Shown: one piece after another, positions 23,140 through 35,979 of the stretch
Layout of the letters: the number at the start of each line of letters is the position of its first letter
Numbering within the stretch: position 1 is the stretch's first letter
Source: Hyphochytrium catenoides
Taxonomy: Eukaryota; Protista; Hyphochytriomycota
Reading direction: 5' to 3'
DNA length: 64,000 bases
Assembly: GCA_900088475.1 (NCBI GenBank)
Contig: FLMG01003832.1
Coordinates: 1 to 64,000, forward strand
Notes under the pieces: model-generated
Seen by the model: the letters and a program-made list of their open reading frames with translations, nothing else
Databases searched by the model: none
Told to the model about the DNA's origin: nothing
Program-made: the position numbers and the translations under genes

Positions 23140-24140
23140 TCTTCCTCTTTATTTCTTTCTCTTTTCCTTCTTCATCCTCTCTCTTTTCCTTCTTCATCCT
23201 CTCTTCTTCTTCTTCCTTCCTCTTATTTCTTTCTCTTTTCCTCCTTCATCTTTTCTCTTCTTCCTTCCTCTTCTTCCTTTCTCTTTTCCTCCTTCATCCT
23301 CTCTCTTCTTCTTCCTCTATTTCTTCTCTATTCCTTCTTCATCTTCTCTCTTCTTCCTTCCTCTTCTTCCTTTCTCTGTTCCTTCTTCATCTTGTCTCTT
23401 CTTCCTTCCTCTTATTTCTATCTCTTTTCCTCCTTCATCCTCTCTCTTCTTCCTTCCTCTTCTTCCTTTTTTTCTCTGTTCCTCCTTCATCTCCTCTCTT
23501 CTTCTTCCTCTTATTTCTTTCTCTTGTCCTCCTTCCTCTTCTCTCTTCTTCCTTCCTCTTCTTCCTTTCTCTTTTCCTTCTTCATCTTGTCTCTTCTTCC
23601 TTCCTCTTATTTCTTTCTCTTTTCCTCCTTCATCCTCTCTCTTCTTCCTTCCTCTTCTTCCTTTCTCTTTTCCTTCTTCATCTTGTCTCTTCTTCTTCCT
23701 CTTATTTCTTTCCTTTTCCTCCTTCATCTTCTCTCTTCTTCTTCCCCTTATTTCTTTCTCTTTTTCTCCTTCATCCTCTCTCTTCTTCTTCCTCTTATTT
23801 CTTTCTCTTTTCCTTCTTCATCCTCTCTCTCTTCTCCTTCCTCTTATTTCTTTCTCTTTTCCTTCTTCATCTCCTCTCTTCTTCTTCCTCTCTTTCTTTC
23901 TCTTTTCCTCGTTCATCATCTCTCTTCTTCTTCCTCTTATTTCTTTCTCTTTTCCTCCTTCATCTTCTCTCTTCTTCTTCCTCTCTTTCTTTCTCTTTTC
24001 CTCGTTCATCATCTCTCTTCTTCTTCCTCTTATTTCTTTCTCTTTTCCTCCTTTATCTTCTCTCTTCTTCCTTCCTCTTCTTCCTTTCTCTGTTCCTTCT
24101 TCATCTTCTTCCTCTTATTTTTTTTCTCTTCTTCTTCGTC
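23140..24140. repeat. Degenerate 48-bp pyrimidine minisatellite, roughly 20 units
   Basis: Unit resembles CTCTTTTCCTCCTTCATCCTCTCTCTTCTTCCTTCCTCTTATTTCTTT. The antisense translation shows a 16-aa period (KKREDEGGKEKEIRGR). Confidence 0.85.
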
Positions 24141-25315
24141 TTCATCCTCAATAGTAGGATAGAGTTAAAGGCAAAATTAACTAGCTTCTTTTACTTCTAA
24201 GAAAAACCTCATAGAACGCCGTCATCAGCAATTTTTTTTTGATGGCAGGGCAAAGTTTACACCTTTTCTTTCTCTCTCTGTTTTTTGTGCATTAATTTGA
24301 GTGTTTTTTATTGTGTTTTTGTAGGATTTTTATTACTCAGTAGTAAGATAGTCTAAAAAGACACATAAACAGCCAATAAACAAGGGAAAGCGAAGCAGAG
24401 AGCAACAATGAAGAAAGAAAGAAAAAAAGGGAGAGAGAGAGACAGAGAGAGAGAGAAAGAGAGAGAATATGGCAATGGAGGAAGGATGAGATGAATAGAG
24501 CATAAGATAAGACAGGGGAATGGAGAAGGAAGACAGAAATAAAACGGCCAAGGAAGAGAGACACCAGGAGAAAGAAGAAACGGAAGAGAGAGAAAGAGGG
24601 AGAGTAAAAGAAAGAAAATAGAACAGAGCAGAGAAGTGAAAAATAATAAGGGAAGAAGACAGAGAACAGAGAAGAAGGAAGAGATCAATAAAGAATAAGG
24701 GAGAAAGAGAGACAGAAGAGAACTTAAGAAAGAGGGGAAGAAGGAAAACTGAAAAGAGAACTATCACTGGAGAAGCAGTGACTGAGAAAGAGAGGTGACG
24801 ACAATGCATCAACGGTGAGACTGCGAAAAAAGAGAGAGAGAGGAGGAAAAAAAGAGGAGAGAGAGCAAGAGCAAGGAAAAGTGAAGGCGTGGCTTTATTA
24901 ACATTTTGTTGGGGGAGAGGGAGAGAAACAGCGGAAAACAGAAAGAAAGAAAGAAGAGAGAAACAATAGAAGCAGCGGCATCATCCAAAGCAGGACAGAC
25001 TGGAGATATCAAAAAGCTTTCAGTCTCATGACAGAGGAAGGAGAGAGAAGAAACTTATTAGAATTAGGTGTTTAGGTGCGTGAGAGAGAGAGAGAGAGAA
25101 AGAGAGAGGGAGAAAGAGAGAGAGAAAGACAGAGAGAGAGAAATAGGGAATATGTGTTGTTCCCTCTCCTGTTATTTTGTATGGACTCGCTATTACCCTC
25201 GCGTGGAGAGAGGGAGAGAGGAAGAAGGAAGAGAAAGAGAGGAAGAGAGCGACACAGGCTTTCCTCTTCTCACTTGTGGATCCTTGCAAGATTTTCTCGC
25301 TTACTCATTGTTGTT

Positions 25316-25542
25316 CTAGAGGCGGAGAGAGAGAGGAGACGGAGGCGGAGAATGGAAGAGAGCCGTCATCTCTCTCTCTTCATCATAATATCGAGATTCT
25401 ATGCGTAGTCCCCCAGGTTCAGCGGGAGAAAAGAAAGAGAAAGAAGAGGGAGAGAGAATGGCGTCTACCGACGCAGACAGGTCTGAATGTAGGCAATAGT
25501 GGTTCCGACCACAGATCTGCCAGGAGAAAGAGAGAAAAAGAA

Positions 25543-25582
<40 letters not shown>

Positions 25583-28500
25583 GTAAAGAGGTAAAGAGGA
25601 GGGGAGAGAAGGAGAAAGAGAAGGGCGGAGATGGGAAGGAAAGAGTTAGTTGAGCAAGACAACGAGGGGAGAAGAAGGCAAGGGGAAGACGAGAGAGAGA
25701 AAGAGAGAGAGCGGGGGAGCAAGAGAGAGCAAAGGGATAAAAGAAAAGGAGAAAGCAGAGAGGAGGAAAGAGAAGAAAGAGAGGAACAGAGAAAGAAGAG
25801 ACCAATACAGAGAAGGAGAGAATGGCACCTCTTAGGTTCGGCGAAATCGGGCAACGAGAGACAAAAAGTGGGACACGAATACAGACAGACGGAGAGAGAG
25901 AGAGAGAGAGAGAGAAACTTGGACAGGGTAGCTAGAGAACAAGAGAGAGAGAGAGCGAGCGAGAGCGGGGAAGACAGAGAGAGAGAAAGTAGGAGAGCAG
26001 CGAGAGAGACGAAGCAGGTTGCTCTGACCTCAACCAGAATAGAGAACATCGGTGTACCGGCTCTTTCTAGAGGAACATCTGGGTGAGCATCACGCTCCTC
26101 TCTTTTTTCCTCTCTCTCTTTCTTTTTCTCTCTCAGTCCTCCTAGCAACTCTCTCAGCTGTGGATGGGAGAGAATGTCTTGCAAGGAAGAGAGAGGGAGA
26201 GAGGCGAGAAGAGAGATTCCTCTCTCTATCACCGACCGCGCGGCCCTTATATCTCCCGCCACCGAGAGCTCATCCACAACGAGTATCTGGAAGAGAGAGA
26301 CAGAGAGAGAGAGAGAGGCCCAGCGAAAGAGAGAAGAAGAGAGAAAAGTCAGTGAGGAGTCGGAAGAGGGTGAAAGAGAGAGGCGATTCAACGCGGCAAG
26401 TGAGAAGCGGAGAAACGCAAGAGAGATAGAGAGAGAACAAGAGAGAGAGAGAGGGAAGGAGAAAGAGAATAATAGGCCTTTCCTCGGCAAAAGCGTCCTG
26501 AGAGACAAGTGTGCAGAAGAGAAAAGAAGTAAAGGTTGGAAAGCTCGAGGAAAGAGAAAAAACAGTAAAAAGAGGAGCTTTTTTTTTGCTCTTAGCTTTC
26601 TCTCTCTCTCTTCCTTTCACTCCTCTCATAGTCTGTCTCTTTCTCATTGTACTTCCCTGTCTTTCCTCTCTCTCTCCCTCTCTCTTGCAGATTCTCGTTG
26701 TGGATGAGCTACACTCTCTCTCTCTCTCTTACCTCTGGCTTGTAGTTCCTGACTGCTTCCTCTATCACTCTTTCTTGTTCCTCCCTTTTGCCCACTTGCA
26801 ATCTCCGAGAGAGAGAGAGAGAAGAGTGAGGAAGATCTCCGTCTCCTCCCAGCTCGTTAAATGTGTCAACCACTACGACCGAAGGGGAAGAGAGAGAGCT
26901 GAGAGAGGAAGCGAAGGCTCGTAGTAGAGTTGTCTTTCCTAAAAAGGGGCGAAAGCGAGAGGGAGAGAGAGATTCATGGGATGAGACCAGAAGAGCGACT
27001 ATAGCTTGGTATAGAAAGAAGAGAAGACAAAAGAGAGAGAGAGAGAGAGAGAGAGATGGGTAGGTAGATAGATAGATAAAGAGAATGGAAGAGAGAAGAG
27101 CCGATGATAGAGGGAAAACAATCAAGGAAAGAGACTTCCGAGAGAGAGAAACTTAGGTCTCGATAGATGCACGATGTAGTTGTGGGGAGGAAAAAGAAGG
27201 GAGGAGATAGAAGGGATCAGAGAGAGAGAGAGAAGAGTCCGGCAAGAGAAAGAGAGACTGGTTGGCCAGAAAAAGAAACAAGGAAAAGACGAGGGAAAGA
27301 GAGAGGTCCGCGGAGAAAAGACAGAGTGAGAAAGAGATCCGATGCCAACGGTACACAGAGTCAGACCATATTTAGAGAGAGAGAGAGAGAGGAGAAGCAG
27401 GGCCGAAGAGAGAGGGAGAAAGAGGTGTTCAGATAGAGAATGGGATATGGGTCAAGAGAGTAATGGACATTTAGAGAGACGCACAAACGATGAGCTATGG
27501 ACAGAGCCAGAGAGAGCAGAACGAGTAAAGGAGAAGAGAGAGAGAGTAAAAGGGAGAGAGAGAAAGAGAGAGAAAAGAAGTATTCTCCTTACCAACTCCC
27601 TTCGGTCCCACCACTAGCACAGAAAGCCTACTTCCTCTTCCTCCGCCGCTTCCTCTCTCTCTCTCTGTCCGTAGACAGGAAATGACGTCCCTTAACAGCT
27701 CCTCCACCCCGAAGATGTGCCGCCCCACCGAGAGAGAGACGCCCAAGACTTTCTCTCTCCCTCGAGAGAGAAGGAACGAGAGACGATGCAGTGTTCTCGC
27801 TATTCCTAAGCGATTGTCAGAGGGAAGAAAGTCGAGCAACTTTCTCTTTCTCTTTCCTCTCTCTTCTCCTCCTCCTCCGTCTCGAGCGAAAGACGAGGTG
27901 CTTGTAGTAGGAGGGTAAGAAGGAGGCGGACTGTGTGGGGAAGACTCTCTTCCTCTGTCTTTCTCTCTCTCTTTCCCCTCTTCTCCTCCTACCGTGTCTG
28001 CTCTTGAAGAAGAAGACAGAGAGACAAGAGGGGAAGAGTGGCCGCTCATTGGACTTGTCTTTCTCTCTTCTGCCTCTCTCTCTCTCGTTACGCCTGATCC
28101 ACGTGCCGTTCTTCCTTGTCGGTAGGAGAGAATCTTTTCTGCTCTCTCTCTTATTTTCTCTTTCCTGCTCTCGGAAGGGAGAGAGACCTCCCGGGTGTAG
28201 TGCGCTTCAAAGTACCGCAAGAACCCATCAAACGCCCTAGCGCTGGAAAGGTTAGAGGCCGTTACCGCCTCTATCCGCCTTCCATCTCTAAATATAACTA
28301 TGGGGTTTCTTCCCAATTCATAGATAATCTCCGTTACCGGCTCTCTCTGGCTGTGAGCTCGGAGGGTGGCCACGATAGAAGACTGAAGCTCCGAAGGAAA
28401 GAACTGAAGAGAAGAGAGAAGAGCTTCTTCATCATCTTGTTCTGGAAAAGGGAGAGAGACAATCCTTCTTTTCTCTTGCTCTCTTTCTTCTTTCCTGTCC

Positions 28501-29261
28501 TGATCTGTGCCTGCGGTGTTCTCTCCCTTGCTCCCACTTTCTTCCATCTGCAGTGCTGTCTTCTTCCTTTTCTCTTCATGCTCTTCCTCATGATGAGGCT
28601 TGCAAGTTGTCTCTTCTTCTTCTTGTTCTCTCTCTTTTGTCTCTGGTTGGAGAGAGGAAGGGAGGCCGCAGGAGGGACGAGAGGGAGAGTAGCACTCAGT
28701 CGGTCCTTCTCTCTTAACGATTCTCTCCGTTTCAGAGAAGACGGCAGAAGAGGAGAGAGAAGCCTTCTCTCGGTTTTTCTTCTCGCTCTCTGTTCCTTCT
28801 CTCCTATTGTCTTGTTCCTCTACCTTCACAGTCGAAGGAGGGATAAACTGGTACTCTGGCACGTAGATGTCCGGAAGAGAGAGAGAGGACATCGAAGAAG
28901 AGAGTGGTTCTTCCCCATTTCTGCTGAGCCTTGAAAAACTAAGGCGAAGGGGAACATTGTAAGGAGGAAAGACTCCTTCTTCTCTCCGTCTCTCTGCTTC
29001 TCTCCTCCTTCGTCTCTCTTCCTCTTCCTCTTCAAACCCTTCCTCAACGCTTTGTCTCTCTTCTTCTTCTTCTCTTTCTGTCCCTCGCCTAACGCCTTCT
29101 CTACTGGTTTGTTCTAAATATCTATCCGTCCATGAGGACGTGGAAGAGGCATCTTCCTGTTTCCAGCTTATTTCCAAGAGTTCTTTCAGGTCAAAAAGAG
29201 GAGACACTTCATAGGCCGCATACTCTGCAAGCCTACACTTGTTCATTAGGATCACCTTGAC

Positions 29262-29297
<36 letters not shown>

Positions 29298-32200
29298 AGT
29301 TAGCTCATTACAGTCTAGGGTGTCCTGCTACTTCTAGAGGAGAGCATCATTGGCCAGATCGAAAGAGAGTGATAGAAAGAGAGAAAGATTACCTCTACAT
29401 TGAGAAAGTATGAAACGGAAGGGAGAGTGAAAAGAGGAAGTTCAGAGAAGAGAGAGATACGCGGTGGCCGCTACTAGCCAATAAAAGCTACCGGACCGAA
29501 AGAGAGAGAGACCAAACCCAACTACTATCTGTGCCTGTCACCAGTTCCTCTCTCTCTCTCTCTCTTTTCGCTATCACCTTTTTTCTCTTCTAGCTCTCCT
29601 CCCCCCAATGTTAGCAGAGGAAATGGAAAAACGAGAAAGATGGAGAGGAGACAGAAGAGAGAGAAAGTCTCACCTGCCGCCACTTTTTTGCTGGTTGGCG
29701 GCGCAGCAGACGCTGGAAATCCGTTAATATCTTTTCCCAGAGAGAGCGAAGAGGATGAGGAGGAAGATTCACAAGGTGCAGCAGCTCATCGAGAGGAATA
29801 GAGGAGAATGTCCTTTCTCTCTCTTGTGCAGATTCCTCTTCTCCCTCTTTCTTGGTTACAAAGGGAGAGTAAGGTTCCGTCCTCCTAACCTCGTCTTCTG
29901 CTATTATCTCACTCTCTGCTGTTCTGGCTGGAGCTGAAAACTCTTCTGTGTCTCTTCTCTTCTCCTCCGTTTGGGAGAGAGCTTGATGCGTTTTCAAAGA
30001 GAGGCTTTTCCCTTCTCCCTCTTCATCTAGCTCCATAGACTCAGGAGATTGTGGGACTCGCTCTTGCTCTTCTCTTTCTTTATCCTCTTGAGAGGGAAAA
30101 ACTCTGTCACCTTCTCCCTTTACGGAGGAGAGAGGAGAGAAATGCTCGTCTGTCCTTCTTTCTCTCTGATCTTCTTCTTCTTCTCTCCACTGCGCGGCTT
30201 CTAGAAGGTTCTTCTCTTCTTCCTGTCTCAGCAGCTGATGATAGACTTCCATGGTGTCAAAGACCGTTTCCGGCTTTATCTTCCACTTTCTCTCCAAAAG
30301 GCCCGCGACTCTCTCTCTCTCGTGGACGACTTTCTCCACTTCTGGATCTTCAAACACCTGCTTTAGCACAGAAACATAGAGCATTTCTTCCTTACCTAGG
30401 GGTTCTGAGAGATCCAACAGGTAGACTCTCTCTTCTTCCACGAAAGGAGAAGGTCCTACCAGAAGAGAGAGAAGAGAGAAACATATACCCGTTCCTCTTC
30501 TCTCTCTCTCTCCTTCGTCATCCATGACGATTTCTTCTATGTTCAGCGCTATCTCTTTGCACGTAGTTACATGCTTTGTGAACTCTTCTCTCCAAGTCTC
30601 TCTCCCACCAGGGAGGAGAAGGGTAACGCGGAGAGAGCGTTGCACTTTGTTTTTCACAGTGTGAATATAAAGAACCGGATCCCAGAAGGAACATTCTTCT
30701 TCTTCTTTCTCTCCCCATATTTCGCCCTCTCCTGTCTCTCTGATTCCTTCTCCTCTTCTCTTTCTTTTTGTCTTTGTGGGATCTTGAGTAAGGGAAACTT
30801 CTTTTTCTTCATCTTCGTCCTCTTCTTCGAGTTCCATGTCACTTCTCCTCTCTCTCTCTTTCCTTTCTCCCTGCTGCTCTTCATGGGGAAACTCGTCCAC
30901 CTTTTCGCCTTTCTTAGACAGTTCCTCCTGAAGAGAAGTGAGGAATGTCATGGAAGACGGAAGAGAAGTTTCTGTTGATGAAACGAGAGAGAGAGAAGGT
31001 GGCTCCTGGCCAAGAGATGACGGGGGTTTTGCCTTCTTTCCGTCCTGGGAAGAAGAGACAGAGACCCGCTCTTTGCTTTCTTCTTTCTTTCTCGTTCCTG
31101 CTCCCTCCAAGTCAGCGTCTCTCTCTTTCTCTTCACCCACGTGCTTGGGCTTTCCTTCTTCTTTCTTTATGAGAGCTTTATTCCTCTCACTCCCTGCCTC
31201 CTCTGTCCCTCCAGTCTGCGGTTTCTCTTCATCTTTCTGGGCAGCGAGAGGTTGAGAAGAGGTCTTCTGTTTTTTCTTGGAAGGCGCTTCTTCTTTGGTG
31301 CTGTCTTCGGGAGAGAGAGAAGAGCTCTCACCCTTCTCCTTCTTGGGGAGTTGGGATTTAGAAGAGGTCGCAATGTTCCCTTCTCGCTTTCTATAGTCTC
31401 TCTCTCTGTCTCTTTCTTTGCGCATTTCTTCTTCCGGAAAACGGGGCCTCCGTTGGTTTTCTCTAACAAGCCTTCCCTTTTCTTCATCTTCTTTCTCCAC
31501 ATAGTGATGCACTTTCCTGTAGCTTTTGTTAGGACTGGAAGAGCAAGGGAAGACTGCTCTTCTTCTCTCTTCTCCTCTCTCTTCTTCCACATAGTGTTCC
31601 ACTTTTCTATAAGGTTTGGTGGGACTTCCATATCCTGCTCTCTCAATATCTTCTACCACCCTTCTGAAAGAAGAGGGAGGAGCCCTTGTTGGGGCAAGAG
31701 AGAGAGACGAAGAAGAAAGGGATGAGACCTCTCTCTCCCGCGTCGAGGCAGAAAGACGGACGATGAGGTTGCTCCCTTTCCTCGGAGGCGGAAGTAGAGA
31801 TGTTTTTGAGGGAGAGAAAGTAGAAGAGACGATGAGGCTTTCGTCTTTTTCCTCTCTCTCTTCTTCTCCCCTATCGCGTTTGTTCAGCTTCTCATTCCAT
31901 CGCAATTTCTGTCTTCTCTTTCCGGAGAGACGGATCTTTCTCTCTTCTCCTTCTCCTTCGACAAAGAAGCCCGCGAAGTCGGAATTTTTAAATGTTTCCG
32001 CATAGATGGGATCCGAATATACGGTTTGAATCCGTTCCATGACCCGCGAGAGAGGGAGCTCTAAGGCTTGAGGCGACTCAACCACGATTAATCCGGTTAC
32101 GAAAGCGTCAACTTTCTCCAAAATCTGCCTGTGATAGGCTGACATATCTGGAACCCGATGAGAGAGATCTGGAATAAGCCGTGCTCGAGGGATAGTGTGA

Positions 32201-33187
32201 GAGAAAGAGCGAGAGAGAGAAAGAGAGGATGCTGAAGAAAGCCGCGGAAGAGGAAGTCTCTCTTCTCCCGGTCTTTTCCAGGTCTCTCCTCTCTCTCTCT
32301 CTTCTTCTCTCTCTCGCCTGTAGGAGCTTCCACCGCGATAACTAGAGGAAGAAGAAGGAGAAGAGAACCGCGGAGGAGAGAAAGAGGATCGCGATCTTTT
32401 AAGAGAGGGACGGAGAGAAGTAGAAGAAGAAGAGAGAGAAGAAGAAGAATGGCCGCGATAGGAGTAGCTAGATCCTCTTTCTTCTCCTCCTCTATAAGAG
32501 TAATTAGAAGAGGAAGAGGTCTCTCCTCGGAAAGATGAAGAAAAAGAGAGAGGACGACGGTAGGAAGAATAAGAGTTCGAGGAGAGAGAAGAAGAAGGGA
32601 GAGACGGAGGGACGGAAGAAGAGAAATCCGTCCTTCTTCCCTTTTCGGCTCGAGCCGTCTTCAAAGGCTTGTAATACGTGTCCGAGGGAATCTGAGAGGA
32701 AGAAGAAGAAGGGAGTTGCACGCGTAGTTCTCTTCCAAAATGATCGACGTCTCTCTTCTTTTTCTTATCGACCGTTGTGTGTGTCTCTCTGTTGTTATCT
32801 CTCGTGACGGTGGGAGACGTTCTGCGCAAAGGAGAGAAAGGACGAACCGTGAAGCAGAGGAGAGAGAGAAGAGAGATTAGAACAGACTGAGAGAGACGGC
32901 GAGAGAGAAGAGAAAGAGACGCCAAGAGAGAGAGAGAGAGAAGAACGAGAGAAGAGAAACCTGGAGAGACGTATGTAGAGGGAGAATGAGAGCTATAGCC
33001 AGAGAGAGAAAGGGAAAGAGACTAACCTTGTCGATATGAGAGATTCTTTCTCTCTTCCGCCACCGGCAGAGGTGGTGGACATTGTTGTTCCCTTGTTATC
33101 TCTCTCTTTGAGAGAGTTTGTCTCTTTCTCTCTTTCTTGCGTTCTCTCTTCTTTTCCTCCCGTGTTCGCAGTAGCTTCTTCGCTCAT
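25316..33187 (-). CDS. Large fusion protein: RS/S-rich N-terminus, degenerate 3'-5' exonuclease (DEDDy/EXD1-like) and Ycf45/SpoIIIAA-type AAA+ ATPase; 6 exons (33187-33027, 32821-29674, 29255-27593, 26938-26733, 26286-26029, 25516-25316), ~1878 aa
   Basis: All junctions are GT..AG with consistent phases (5637 nt). Ycf45 motifs: EIIYELGRNP, DNRLGIARTLHRLS, Walker A GPKGVG|KTTLLR (split by an intron), VVVVDTFNELGGDGDLPH, EAVRNYKPE|ILVVDE (Walker B), ERGISL, LERAGTPMF and SVDAIL. Exonuclease-like motifs: VYLLDL, LKQVFEDPEVEKVVH, VFDT and EYAAYEV. The join between the two halves (29674 to 29255) is the least certain step. Confidence 0.8.
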
Positions 33188-33836
33188 CTCTCTCTTGCCC
33201 TCCTATTCTCACAAGTATAGGAGACGTAGAAGGAAACGCGAAAGAGAGAACGAGAGAGAGGCAGGAAGAGAAAACGAGAGAGAAGCAGAAAGAGAGATGT
33301 TCACGTTTCTCTCTCTCTCGTTCTCGCTCTCTCTCTTTATCGGAAGAGAAGATAGAGACGACAAGAGATAGGAGCGAGAGACAAAGGAGCAAAGAGAGAG
33401 CCTACAGTAACAGAAGCTCGCAATGAAAGAGAGAGGGAAGAGAAGAAGTCTCTTTCTCCTCTCTCTTCATGCCTGAAAGACAAGCAGCAAACCAAATAAA
33501 CGTTAGTAAGGATAAAGAGAAGAGAGAGAAAGAGGATTAAAGAGAGAGACACAGGAGAAAACCCTGGGAGATCCTGGACAGCAACAATACACAATGAGAG
33601 GAGAGACAGAGAGAGAGAGAGAGAGAAGAAAAAGAGAGAGAGCACGCAAGAGAGACAGAGATGGGGACAAGGGAGAGAGAGGAACGAAGAGAGAGACAGA
33701 CAGAACAGGACAGCGAGAGAGGGTTTCATTGCTAACCTTCAGGTAACACGCGACATTGTTTACTTGTATATGCACATAAAGCAGTGGGAGCAACGCGCGC
33801 GCGAAAGAGAGAGAGAACGAGAGAGAGTGAAAGAAA

Positions 33837-33869
<33 letters not shown>

Positions 33870-34850
33870 AAGAAAAGAACCGCAGTGAAAGGGAGAAAGA
33901 TACTTCAAAAAGCACCGCAAGGCCGCGATCTATCAGAAGTTTATAATAGTGAGCTGCCAGAGATANNNNNNNNNNNNNNNNNNNNNNNNNNNNNNNNNNN
34001 NNNNNNNNNNNNNNNNNNNNNNNNNNNNNNNNNNNNNNNNNNNNNNNNNNNNNNNNNNNNNNNNNNNNNNGAGAGAGAGAGGAGAGGCAGGGAAGAGAGA
34101 GAAATAGAGAGAGATAGCGAGCGAAAGGGTGGATGAGAAAGGTGTCAAAGGAAAGGAGGAGGGAGAGGGAAAAGGGCAGACAAAGCTCAACAGGAAAAGA
34201 GATGGAAAAGCAAAGAGAGAGCGCAGCACGACCAACCGGCAAAAGAAGGCAACAGCAGGAGAGACACCGCAACGGAAAGAGGAAAGACACAATGAGACGA
34301 CGGAAGAGCAGGCAGCAAGCAACCAAGGGGCCAAGGACGGCAAGGAGAGAGAGAGACGGCAAGAGAGAGAGAGAGAGAGAGAGAGAGANNNNNNNNNNNN
34401 NNNNNNNNNNNNNNNNNNNNNNNNNNNNNNNNNNNNGAGAGAGAGAGAGCTCCTGATGAAAGTGCAAGCCACAGCTGGCGTGCTTCCGTTCTGTTCATGC
34501 AACGTGAGTCCGACGAGTAAAGATCGCTAGCGAGACAGAGTAGTGCTAGAACGACCACAAAGCATGACGAGATTTGAATGAAGAGAGAGAGAGAGACCGG
34601 GCAAAAGAGACGAGAAAAATCAAAGAGAAAGAGAGAGGACTGGTAGAGATTAACAGAGGAAGGTGAAGCCAGAGTGAGCAGAGAGGAAAGAGAGATTTGG
34701 TTAGGAGCAAGAAAGAACTCATCTCAGACCTCCCCGTGGAGACATGACATACACCAAAATAAACGAGAAGTGTAACACTACTTACTATGTAAGATACCAG
34801 CATTACCGAAAACAGCGAGCTCTATAGTTTTATGAAGAAAGTAGCGCCTT

Positions 34851-35065
34851 CTCTGTGCAATGGCGAAGATAGAGAGAGAGGTAGAGAGAGAAAGAGAGAA
34901 AGAGATAGAGATAAAGGAGAGAGAGGCAGAGGAAAGGGGAAGTGTTAGAAGACAAAGTGTGCTCTGCGCAATGGCGAGGATTGAGAGAGAGGTAGAGAGA
35001 GAAAGAGAGAAAGGGAGAGAGATAAAGGAGAGAGAGACAGCAGAGGAAAGGGGAAGTTTTAGAAG
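34851..35065. repeat. Tandem duplication, ~111 bp x2
   Basis: CTCTG(T/C)GCAATGGCGA(A/G)GAT...GCAGAGGAAAGGGGAAGT(G/T)TTAGAAGA occurs twice. Confidence 0.85.
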
Positions 35066-35468
35066 AAGTCAAAATGTGAAATGAAGAAAAGAGAAAGCGA
35101 CAAACCGAGAGCTGAGAAAAAGAGAGACACAGAATAGAAAAAAAATAAGCACAAGCGACAAAAGGAGATAATAAAAAGAGAAGCCCCTCTCTTCACCCAA
35201 TAACGGCAAGAGAAAAGACGAAAAAGGAAGATTATTAATGAAGAAAGACGAGAGACTGCAAGCGAAAGACATAAGAAAAAGCCAGAGAGACGAATCGCGC
35301 ATCTTTGGTGAGGAAGATCAATCTACTTCCTGTCAATCTTCCCCGCCCTAGAAGGTGACTACTAGTGTTACTCTTGTTCTTTTCATGTTCGTGGTACATT
35401 TTTTATCTTTCCTTCCTCTTCAAATAGCAGTCTAGTAGCCATCCTGAAAATTTGTTAGTTCATAAGGA

Positions 35469-35780
35469 GATGTGGAGAAGGAGAGCGTGTTGAGAAAGAG
35501 TCCAGGACTCTGTAACTCTTGCCTCCTGTTCATTTTGTTTCTTCTCCTTCTTCTTCTTCTTCTCCTTCTTCCTCTTCTTTTTCCTCTTCTTCTCCTTCTT
35601 CTCCTTGTTCTCCTTCTCCTTCTTCTTCTTGTCCTTCTTCTTCTTCCTCTTCTTCCTCTTCTTCTTCCTCTTCTTCTCCTTCTTCTCCTTGTTCTTCTTC
35701 TCCTTCTTCTTCTTCTTCTTCCTCTTCTTCCTCTTCTTCTCCTCCTTTTCTTCTTCTCCTTCTCTTTCTCTCCTTTTCTT
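35469..35780 (-). repeat. GAA tract plus family A motif (copy 3, 35525-35469)
   Basis: The minus strand reads GAGGCAAGAGTTACAGAGTCCTGGACTCTTTCTCAACACGCTCTCC after a ~240-bp GAA/GGA tract. Confidence 0.7.
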
Positions 35781-35979
35781 CGAGTAGTTCTTCTTTCATA
35801 TAGCAGTCGATAAATCATAATAATATTTTAAAAAAGAATATATAAGAGCAAACCCAATAAAATATCACATTCTCATAAGGTTATCTACTTCTTACTTCTT
35901 ACACCATTCGTCTACTAGTCACTCCTTTATTTTATTATATAAAATAATAACTGCTTTTTATAGAAAATAATAAGGTTCA

